Shown: positions 26,601 through 32,000 of the stretch, piece by piece
Layout of the letters: each line of letters opens with the position of its first letter
Numbering within the stretch: position 1 is the first letter of the stretch
Source of the DNA: Horticoccus luteus
Lineage (GTDB): Bacteria > Verrucomicrobiota > Verrucomicrobiia > Opitutales > Opitutaceae
DNA: 32,000 nucleotides
Assembly (NCBI RefSeq): GCF_019464535.1
Contig: NZ_CP080507.1
Coordinates: forward strand, 810,001-842,000
Direction of reading: 5' to 3'
Program-made: the position numbers and the translations under genes
Notes under the pieces: generated by a model
Database searches by the model: none
Seen by the model: only the letters and a program-made list of their open reading frames with translations
What the model was told of the DNA's origin: nothing

Positions 26601-29600
26601 TCATCAGCGGGCCGGTGAGCCAGGTCATCGTGCAGGAAGATGGCCGGCTGATTGTGGCGGGTGATTTCAATGCGGGGCTTGCCGTTCGGCTGACGAGCGA
26701 CGGCAATTACGATGGGTCTTTCAGTTTGACGGGCGATTTGTTTACGCCGGGCGGCAACACCACGATGCGCTTGTTGCTGGCCGACGACGGCAAAGTTTAC
26801 GGGCATAACATGCTCCTCAGTGCGAACGGCGCGCCGACGCAGTCGCTGGTGCGTTTCAATTCGGTGGTGCTGCCCAGCATCCAGACGCAGCCGACCAGTG
26901 TTGTGGCGGCCCCGGGCGGCTACGCGCAATTGCAGGTGAACGTTTCCTGGCAAGGCACGGCCATGCCGACGTATCAATGGCGCCACAACGGACAGGCGAT
27001 CGCGGGCGCCACGCAGGCGTATTACTTCATCGGCAACGTGCAGAGCGCCGACGCGGGCACCTACGACGTCGTGGTGAGCCTGCCGGACGGATCGGTGACG
27101 AGCAATGGCGCGCAGGTGATTCTGGGCACCGCGGGTAATGTTTACGCGCGCGATTACAGTTTCGTGCGGCCGGAATTCCGGCGCACCTCACTGGCCGGCC
27201 GCATCGTGGCGGCGCCGGGTGGCGGCTATTTCGCCTCGTTCAGCAACGGCCAATACGTGACGGGCGCCGACAATAAACGGATTGGCGCCGTGATTAAGTT
27301 GCATGCAGACGGCTCGCTCGACGACTCGTTCAAACCGGGATATACCCTGTCGGACGCCTGGGCGATGATTCCTCTCAGCGACGGCAGTGTGATCGTGGGC
27401 GGCGTGAGCAGCGATGAGAACAACGAGACCGGGCAAACGGTCTTCCGCGTGCTGCACCTCAACGCCGACGGTTCGCGCGACTACAACTTCTACTCGCCGG
27501 CCTTCACGGCGGTGCCGCGGTTCATGACGCGGCAGAGCGACGGCAAAATTCTCGTCGCCGGCTCCTACGGCAGTTACACGCCGAACGGCGGGCTTTCCGG
27601 GCTCGTGCGCCTGCAGGCCAACGGCAATACTGATTACAGTTTCCAAGCACCGGTGTTCGGCGCCAATGATGCCGCCAATCCCATCTTCGCGCCGATCGCG
27701 GTGGATAGCGCGGGCCGGATCGTCATCGCGGGCAATTTCAGCTCGGTCAACGGCGTGGCCCGCCCGGCCGTGGCGCGCTTGAACAGCGACGGTTCTCTCG
27801 ACACGAGCTTCGCGCCGAGTGGCTTCACCTTCACCGGTCCGCAGATTCGTGGCGTCGCGGTGCAGGGCCAGGGCGCCAACGCGGGCAAAGTGCTCGTCGC
27901 CGGCGGCACGCTGCAGGTGAACGGCGTCACGCGCGCCGTCATCCGGCTCAACGTCGATGGCTCGCTCGATACGTCGCTCGCGGCGATTCTGCCTGCGGCC
28001 GTGGGCGCGGATCCTTCGCTCGGCCAACGCGCACGGCTGATCAATTTGCTGCCCGACGATCGCTTCACCGTGCTCTCCACCCGCGTCGCGCGTTTCACGG
28101 CGGACGGTCTGCCGGACGCGACGTATGCGGCACCTGCGCTATCGGGTGAAGCCTATTGGATGACGACCGCCACCGACGGCTCGGTCGTGATCGCGCCGGA
28201 ATTCGGAACCGCTTTTAGTGGTTCGACGCTCGCGGCTCCGGTGCGGTTCACGCCGGCCGGACTGCTCGATACCTCGTTTGTGGCGCCGAAAGTCCAGGCG
28301 GAAGTTTACCCGTCGGACGTCGCGGTGCAGGCGGACGGCCGCACGCTGGTGTGGGGCAATTTCGATACGGTCAACACCACGGCCCGAAGCGGCATGGTGC
28401 GGCTCAACGTCGACGGTTCGATCGACACGACCTTTAATCTCTCCGGCGTGCCCAATCTCTACAGCATCACCAAAGCCACGGTGCTGCCGGACGGCCATAT
28501 TCTCGCGGGCACGAAGCTCGGCGTCTATCAAACCAACCTCGGCAGCGGCTTGGCCCGTTTTGCCGCCAATGGCGCGGTGGATGGTTCGTTCACTCTCGAT
28601 GCGAAGGCCAACGCCTCGTCGTTCGAAGCGCTGGCGGACGGCAGCATTTTGACTTGGAGCCTCTCGCCGAGCGACCTGTTGCAGGGCGGACTTTTCTTCA
28701 AACGTCTCACCGCGAGCGGGGCGATCGATGCCACCTTCACCGGTTTGGGCTCGACTTCGTTTGGACGCGTTTACCGCGATGCGAACAACAACATCACCTC
28801 GCTCGTGATGGGCCAGTTTGCGATCCTCGCGCACGACGCCACCGGCCGCGCCATCGCTGTCGCCACCACCCCCAACGGCACCTACGCCGCCAACGCGACT
28901 TCGCTCAACGTCACGCTTCTGCGACTCAACACGGACGGGACGATCGACTCGACGTTCAACGCCCCGTCGCTCGCGTGGAACACCACCGTCGGGTTCACAA
29001 GTTCGATCAAGGATCCGGTCACCGGCCAGACCAATCAGTGGTCGTTGATCTCGGTCGGCGGTTCACCCTTCTCCGGTGTGACGCCGCAGGCGGATGGCAG
29101 CATCCTGGTGTATGGCGCTTTCAAAAATTTGGGCGGAATCGCAGCGCCGGGTATCGCGCGCCTGACCTCCACCGGCGCCATCGATACGGGTTTCTCCGTG
29201 GGCGCCGGTGCGGAACTGCGCCAGCGCTGGGACCGTTCGCCGTTGGTGCAACATCTCGACGTGAGTGCCGATGGTAAAATCTGGGTGACGGGCACCTTCG
29301 ATACCTTCCAGGGATTCGCCTCGCCCGGTCTCGCGCGGTTGAACGCCAACGGTTCGCTCGACATCGGCTTCGTCTCCGGCGTGCGTTATCAACAGTATCT
29401 TGGCAACGGCACCAAGGTCGCTTTCGGACCGACGGGTGAAGTGTTTGTGGCCGGCACCTATTTCCCGACCTACACGCAATCGACCGACGTCTTGCCGTCG
29501 GCCCTCCTGCGCCTGCTGCCGAACGCGGCACCGGTCGTCACGAGTGTGAGCCCGAGTCCTGTTCAGGCGGGGCAAAGCTTCACCGTGACCGGGACAGGAT

Positions 29601-32000
29601 TGACCAACGTTTCTTCGGTGACGCTCAACGGCGCGGCCGTCAGTTACTCCAACGTCTCGCCGACGAGCTTGACGGTTTATCTTCCGGCCAACGCGACCAG
29701 CGGGACTTTGGTCGTGCAAACCGCGAACGGTTCGGTGACGTGGAATTTGCAAGTATCGGCGGGTATTCCGGTCATCTCCTCTCAACCGTCACACGCGATC
29801 GTCGCGCCGGGCGCCAACGCGGTGCTGTCGATCGCGTCGCCCACCACTGGCGTGAGTTATCAGTGGTATCGCAACGGCAGTCTGCTCGCGGGCGCCACCG
29901 CGCCGTCGTTGTTCCTCCAGAACGTCGGTGCCGCGAATGTGGGCGATTATTCCGCCAAAGTGACGAGCGCCGGCGGCACGGTTTCAAGTGTGTCCGCAGC
30001 GGTGCGGGTGACGTCGGGCGAGGGTTGGACGTTCCGCAACCCGCAGCCGTCGTTTGCGCCGTATTACTCGGTGGCCTTTGGCGCGGGTCGTTACGTTGCC
30101 GTGGGCGGGAGTGGCGTGATCGTCACCTCGACCGACGGCACCTCGTGGTCGGTCGCCGCGCATTTCTCGGATTTCATTCTCGATGTGGCGTATCACGGCA
30201 CGCAGTTCGTCGCGGTCGGCAGTTACGGCAACGTCTTCACGTCCAATGACGGCCTGAGCTGGACGCCGCATTCCGCGGGGATTCCGCAGGAGTTGAACAG
30301 CGTGATTTTCGCCGCCGGCAAATGGATTGCCACCGCCAGCAACGGCCAGGTGGTGACGTCGCCCGATGCGATCACGTGGACGGCGAGTTCCAGCCCGGTC
30401 GGCTTTATCACCGGCCTCAGCGTGGGGCCGAACAATACCGCGATCGCGGTGGGCGACAAAAAATTTCTTACCAGTGCGGATGGTGTGACCTGGACGGCGA
30501 CGTCGATTGCGAATGACGTTGATTTTGCCGACGTGGAATACGGCGCCGGGGTCTACCTCGCGAGCGGAGCGGATGCGATTTATCGCTCCACCGACGGTGT
30601 CACTTGGGCGCCCACGACGATTGGCGAAACCACGACCGGCCTTTATTGGAACCGCCTGGTTTTCACGGGCAGCGGCTTCATCGTGGTCGGCGCGGAAGCG
30701 CAAAGTTCCTCGCTGGGCTACATGATGACCTCGGTCGATGGTTTGGTGTGGACCGCGCGCACCGCGGAGCCGCTGCCGGGCCTGCAAGGCGTTACCAGCG
30801 GCCCCAATGGGGTGGTGGCGGTCGGCGTATCCGGCGCGCTGCTGCAATCGACCGATAACGGCGTGACGTGGACGCGGCGTTACTCGGGCTTCACGTTTCC
30901 GGGCAGCCTTTACAGCGTCGCGAACGGCACACCGGGAACCCTGGTGGTCGGCGACTACGGCAACGCGTGGCTCTCGACGACGCTCGGCGTCTGGAATCAG
31001 GTGGGTGGCAATACCGGCGAAAGCCTGCTCTCGGCCATTTATGCGGGCGGACGCTATGTCACGGTGGGCACCGGCGGGTATATTGCCCGTTCCACGTCGG
31101 CCGCGACAGGCACTTGGTCGGCCGCGACCACGGCGCCGGCGGTGAACTACCGCAGCGTGGCCTACGACACCGCGACTTCGACCTACACCGTCGTCGGTGA
31201 CAACGGCACCATCGCCACGTCGCCCGACGCCGCGGTGTGGACCACGCAGTCATCGAACTCCTCGCAATCGTTGCACGGCGTGGCAGCGGGTAATGGCGTG
31301 CGCGTCGCCGTCGGCACCGGTGGCACGATCCTCTATTCGACCAACGGGGGGGCGTGGACCAACGCCTCGTCGCCGGAATCGGGGCTGACCTACGAAGTCG
31401 TGGCGTTCGGGGGCGGCCGCTTCGTGGCGGCTGGTCGCTCGAACCACACCGTGATTATCACGTCAACCGATGGGGCGAACTGGCAGGAAGCCTACACGCC
31501 TTACACCGGGAGCATCCGCGGGCTGGCCTACGCCAACGGCAACTTTATCACCGTCGGCGGCACGTCGACGATTCTCACCTCGCCGGACGGCACGACTTGG
31601 ACGGCGGAGTCGTCGCAATATCCCTGGCTCCTGCGCGGTGTGACCGGCACTCCCTTCGGCTACGTGGTTGTGGGTGATTACGGTGCGATCGCGAGCAAGG
31701 CTTATCCGATCGCCCCAGTCATCACGACTCAGCCCACGGCGCAATCGGCCGATCAGGGTGGCAGCGTGACATTCTCGGTCGATGCGACCGGCCCCGCCAT
31801 TAGTTACCAGTGGTTCAGGAATGGCGCAGCCATCCCGGGCGCGACGTCGTCAACCTATACGATCGCGAGCGTCGGACTCGGCGACTATAATACCTATACG
31901 GTCAGGGCATCAAATACCTATGGCAGCGTAACCAGCACGGCGGCGACGTTGGCCCCGGCTTCGATCATCATCACCGACCAGCCGACGGCCCGCCGGGCGG
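23618..32000 (+). CDS. Giant secreted multi-domain repeat protein (at least 2794 aa, 3' end beyond the window), a putative cell-surface or adhesin-like protein
   Basis: NOT in the supplied ORF track. Frame +2 is open from the TGA at 23492-23494 to base 32000. The first ATG at 23618 gives signal peptide MSTLVQRIIRAIGFAVLMSGTWAAAAAP. My hand translation stays protein-like, with G/C-rich third positions, to the last codon. It resolves into Ig-like, delta-60/DUF5122-like, IPT/TIG and BNR-like modules. Confidence 0.9.
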   Translation, partial: MSTLVQRIIRAIGFAVLMSGTWAAAAAPANSLVGSWLMGDASSPESAVITFLPNGTYYFAGDASPGSGDKPGMERGGYTWNATTGQFTAIAAGALSDTNGDAGISGAGSDSDSVILTLGADGNTLTATPQHDDPVTLTRIADANQALVGTWIYGTPGALGSGAVTFLANGYYFLANDGDSDATGWAGMERGTYAINGGQVVPSVITDTNGDRGIGGEGAIAFSLNGDTLTVTTSDGTRDLVRANAATAAVPAITTQPASLNVVTGSSVTLNVVASSSSAVTYQWRRDGVAISGATLSTLTLGTVHRADADNYDVVVTNAVGSNTSSLAHLSVAPLSYPQSLAIDPTFAPNPLTISTRVYASAKLPNGQWMIGGDFVQVGAASRPGVARLNADFTLDQTFTPIVVNGAVQAIVAAADGTVYVGGEFTRVNGLGRPGLARLTTTQAFDTSWGPQDAPSALSIVSALALQADGKLLVARMSFAGGTVPAVPTTAVLRRLKSDGTIDTTFASNIVLNGGRIYSILPEAGGSVVIGGAFSSVSGTGRNGLARLTNAGAFDPSFGGNTANTGGVFTVSRLADGRYLAGGQFTNIDGVARNKIAVYSSAGVLDTSFVPAAGVTNGQIYAATELSDHRIVAGGSFTSYAGQATNGLIRFTTAGAIDQAYTVAGAAPTAFTSTTAGANLCAYTLANDDVAFFGIFQSMLNQRRVGVAVVKLDGTLGAATAGPIYRGAYTNNAFLETTGQVTILGSVDTLGAASNLMQLARVNADGTADLSLTPGGGFTQNGLSAFGIYKAVRHGDGRITAVGDVTAYGNVSGTRLLQIKADGTPDANFNSGTGPTTYLLQMAPLSGGGTLLYGFGANFKYNNQSANALVRLNADGSRDPNFADGVFLNGTSGAGVSAAVEDPATGQIYAAGTFTSYQGAPAPGLVRLNRDGSRDPNFAPGTGASGGAVTGLQILDEGRLLISGSFTSFDGTPVNRLAIVDRDGRRQQNFNPGTIISGPVSQVIVQEDGRLIVAGDFNAGLAVRLTSDGNYDGSFSLTGDLFTPGGNTTMRLLLADDGKVYGHNMLLSANGAPTQSLVRFNSVVLPSIQTQPTSVVAAPGGYAQLQVNVSWQGTAMPTYQWRHNGQAIAGATQAYYFIGNVQSADAGTYDVVVSLPDGSVTSNGAQVILGTAGNVYARDYSFVRPEFRRTSLAGRIVAAPGGGYFASFSNGQYVTGADNKRIGAVIKLHADGSLDDSFKPGYTLSDAWAMIPLSDGSVIVGGVSSDENNETGQTVFRVLHLNADGSRDYNFYSPAFTAVPRFMTRQSDGKILVAGSYGSYTPNGGLSGLVRLQANGNTDYSFQAPVFGANDAANPIFAPIAVDSAGRIVIAGNFSSVNGVARPAVARLNSDGSLDTSFAPSGFTFTGPQIRGVAVQGQGANAGKVLVAGGTLQVNGVTRAVIRLNVDGSLDTSLAAILPAAVGADPSLGQRARLINLLPDDRFTVLSTRVARFTADGLPDATYAAPALSGEAYWMTTATDGSVVIAPEFGTAFSGSTLAAPVRFTPAGLLDTSFVAPKVQAEVYPSDVAVQADGRTLVWGNFDTVNTTARSGMVRLNVDGSIDTTFNLSGVPNLYSITKATVLPDGHILAGTKLGVYQTNLGSGLARFAANGAVDGSFTLDAKANASSFEALADGSILTWSLSPSDLLQGGLFFKRLTASGAIDATFTGLGSTSFGRVYRDANNNITSLVMGQFAILAHDATGRAIAVATTPNGTYAANATSLNVTLLRLNTDGTIDSTFNAPSLAWNTTVGFTSSIKDPVTGQTNQWSLISVGGSPFSGVTPQADGSILVYGAFKNLGGIAAPGIARLTSTGAIDTGFSVGAGAELRQRWDRSPLVQHLDVSADGKIWVTGTFDTFQGFASPGLARLNANGSLDIGFVSGVRYQQYLGNGTKVAFGPTGEVFVAGTYFPTYTQSTDVLPSALLRLLPNAAPVVTSVSPSPVQAGQSFTVTGTGLTNVSSVTLNGAAVSYSNVSPTSLTVYLPANATSGTLVVQTANGSVTWNLQVSAGIPVISSQPSHAIVAPGANAVLSIASPTTGVSYQWYRNGSLLAGATAPSLFLQNVGAANVGDYSAKVTSAGGTVSSVSAAVRVTSGEGWTFRNPQPSFAPYYSVAFGAGRYVAVGGSGVIVTSTDGTSWSVAAHFSDFILDVAYHGTQFVAVGSYGNVFTSNDGLSWTPHSAGIPQELNSVIFAAGKWIATASNGQVVTSPDAITWTASSSPVGFITGLSVGPNNTAIAVGDKKFLTSADGVTWTATSIANDVDFADVEYGAGVYLASGADAIYRSTDGVTWAPTTIGETTTGLYWNRLVFTGSGFIVVGAEAQSSSLGYMMTSVDGLVWTARTAEPLPGLQGVTSGPNGVVAVGVSGALLQSTDNGVTWTRRYSGFTFPGSLYSVANGTPGTLVVGDYGNAWLSTTLGVWNQVGGNTGESLLSAIYAGGRYVTVGTGGYIARSTSAATGTWSAATTAPAVNYRSVAYDTATSTYTVVGDNGTIATSPDAAVWTTQSSNSSQSLHGVAAGNGVRVAVGTGGTILYSTNGGAWTNASSPESGLTYEVVAFGGGRFVAAGRSNHTVIITSTDGANWQEAYTPYTGSIRGLAYANGNFITVGGTSTILTSPDGTTWTAESSQYPWLLRGVTGTPFGYVVVGDYGAIASKAYPIAPVITTQPTAQSADQGGSVTFSVDATGPAISYQWFRNGAAIPGATSSTYTIASVGLGDYNTYTVRASNTYGSVTSTAATLAPASIIITDQPTARRA
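23711..24346 (+). repeat. Tandem duplication of a ~100-aa N-terminal module (lipocalin-like or beta-barrel guess)
   Basis: Copy A (23711-24043): LVGSWLMGD..AVITFLPNGTYYFAGD..GMERGGYTWN..SDTNGDAGISG..LTLGADGNTLTAT..VTLTRIAD. Copy B (24056-24346): LVGTWIYGT..GAVTFLANGYYFLAND..GMERGTYAING..TDTNGDRGIGG..FSLNGDTLTVTT..DLVRA. Confidence 0.7.
24365..24613 (+). other. Ig-like (I-set-like) domain 1 of the giant protein
   Basis: PAITTQPASLNVVTGSSVTLNVVASSSSAVTYQWRRDGVAISGATLSTLTLGTVHRADADNYDVVVTNAVGSNTSSLAHLSV. It shows the classic xTxQP..V..G..v.L.V...YQW..nG..I.GAT...L....V...D.G.Y.V.V.N..G pattern. Confidence 0.7.
24644..26869 (+). repeat. Repeat block 1: about 14 delta-60 / DUF5122-type beta-propeller repeats (~53 aa, ~160 nt period)
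   Basis: Recurrent anchors include G.ARLNADFTLDQTF (24772), LARLTTTQAFDTSW, LRRLKSDGTIDTTF, LARLTNAGAFDPSF, LARVNADGTADLS, LVRLNADGSRDPNF (26222), LVRLNRDGSRDPNF (26390) and LVRFNS (26845). Each is followed by ..V.A.A.Q.DGk.l.gG.F..v.G..r. The count was made by hand. Confidence 0.7.
26870..27127 (+). other. Ig-like domain 2
   Basis: LPSIQTQPTSVVAAPGGYAQLQVNVSWQGTAMPTYQWRHNGQAIAGATQAYYFIGNVQSADAGTYDVVVSLPDGSVTSNGAQVILG. Confidence 0.7.
27128..29527 (+). repeat. Repeat block 2: about 14 further delta-60 / DUF5122-type repeats (~57 aa, ~170 nt period)
   Basis: Anchors: VIKLHADGSLDDSF (27290), VLHLNADGSRDYNF, LVRLQANGNTDYSF, VARLNSDGSLDTSF, VIRLNVDGSLDTSL, VARFTADGLPDATY, VRFTPAGLLDTSF, MVRLNVDGSIDTTF, LARFAANGAVDGSF, FKRLTASGAIDATF, LLRLNTDGTIDSTF, IARLTSTGAIDTGF, LARLNANGSLDIGF (29330), LLRLLPN (29505). 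Confidence 0.7.
29528..29755 (+). other. IPT/TIG-like domain
   Basis: APVVTSVSPSPVQAGQSFTVTGTGLTNVSSVTLNGAAVSYSNVSPTSLTVYLPANATSGTLVVQTANGSVTWNLQV. It matches the canonical P.I.svsP..g..G..vTi.G.gf......V...G........s...l.v..P....G.v.V pattern. Confidence 0.65.
29765..30010 (+). other. Ig-like domain 3
   Basis: IPVISSQPSHAIVAPGANAVLSIASPTTGVSYQWYRNGSLLAGATAPSLFLQNVGAANVGDYSAKVTSAGGTVSSVSAAVRV. Confidence 0.7.
30011..31714 (+). repeat. About 13 BNR/Ycf48-like beta-propeller blades (~40 aa, ~120 nt period)
   Basis: Recurrent units of the form v.fg.G.fVAVG..G.I.TS.DG..W. The blade motifs seen are TSTDGTSW (30124), TSNDGLSW, TSPDAITW, TSADGVTW, RSTDGVTW, TSVDGLVW, QSTDNGVTW, LSTTLGVW, RSTSAATGTW, TSPDAAVW, YSTNGGAW, TSTDGANW and TSPDGTTW (31577). 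Confidence 0.65.
31715..31957 (+). other. Ig-like domain 4 (a fifth copy begins about 31958 and runs off the window)
   Basis: PVITTQPTAQSADQGGSVTFSVDATGPAISYQWFRNGAAIPGATSSTYTIASVGLGDYNTYTVRASNTYGSVTSTAATLA, then SIIITDQPTARRA starts the next copy. Confidence 0.7.

Noticed and set aside
24635-30847. Six long minus-strand track ORFs (24635..26071 478 aa, 26246..26986, 27188..28027, 28139..28834, 29063..29785, 29984..30847), plus several + strand frame 1/3 ORFs in the same span.
   Set aside because: They are Arg/Pro/His/Gly-rich and low-complexity, with no recognisable motifs. They lie antisense or out of frame to a continuous + strand frame-2 ORF that translates into well-formed Ig, propeller and TIG domains. 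These are typical shadow ORFs of high-GC DNA.
1-32000. Window-wide look for CRISPR arrays, rRNA, transposases or IS inverted repeats, toxin-antitoxin pairs and prophage genes.
   Set aside because: None seen. The only periodic DNA is the in-frame coding repeat structure of the giant gene, whose periods (about 120 and 160-170 nt) and divergent units do not fit a CRISPR repeat-spacer pattern.

Overview
High-GC bacterial chromosomal segment. The weak Shine-Dalgarno signals and the protein repertoire suggest a Verrucomicrobia/Opitutaceae-like organism, but that is inference only. All calls come from reading the sequence and ORF track by hand, with no database searches. I support 22 protein genes and one tRNA. 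Left to right: (1) a 5'-truncated BdhA-type SDR, then a co-directional LsrF/DhnA-type class I aldolase, Gfo/Idh/MocA oxidoreductase and PfkB sugar kinase. (2) A minus-strand PepSY-OMF-MFP-RND efflux operon with overlapping stop/start codons. It sits divergent from a YncE-like beta-propeller gene and an OmpR-type response regulator / histidine kinase pair. (3) tRNA-Met(CAT), a 4-TM membrane protein, a small secreted Cys/His-rich protein and a RecD2-like helicase. (4) A PhyH-family dioxygenase, a secreted Ntn (Cys-nucleophile) hydrolase, and a solitary DpnI-family methyl-directed restriction endonuclease in visibly lower-GC DNA. (5) A membrane H+-pyrophosphatase with a clean rho-independent terminator. 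(6) The main hidden feature: a giant + strand ORF starting at 23618 and still open at base 32000 (at least 2794 codons). It is absent from the supplied ORF track, apparently because it has no stop inside the window. The track shows only Arg/Pro-rich shadow ORFs there. The giant protein is strongly modular: signal peptide, a duplicated ~100-aa module, then Ig-like domains separating two blocks of about 14 delta-60/DUF5122-type repeats, an IPT/TIG domain and about 13 BNR/Ycf48-like blades. I found no CRISPR array, integrase, transposase or recognisable multi-gene defence system. The most novel-looking items are the giant repeat protein and the orphan DpnI-like enzyme.
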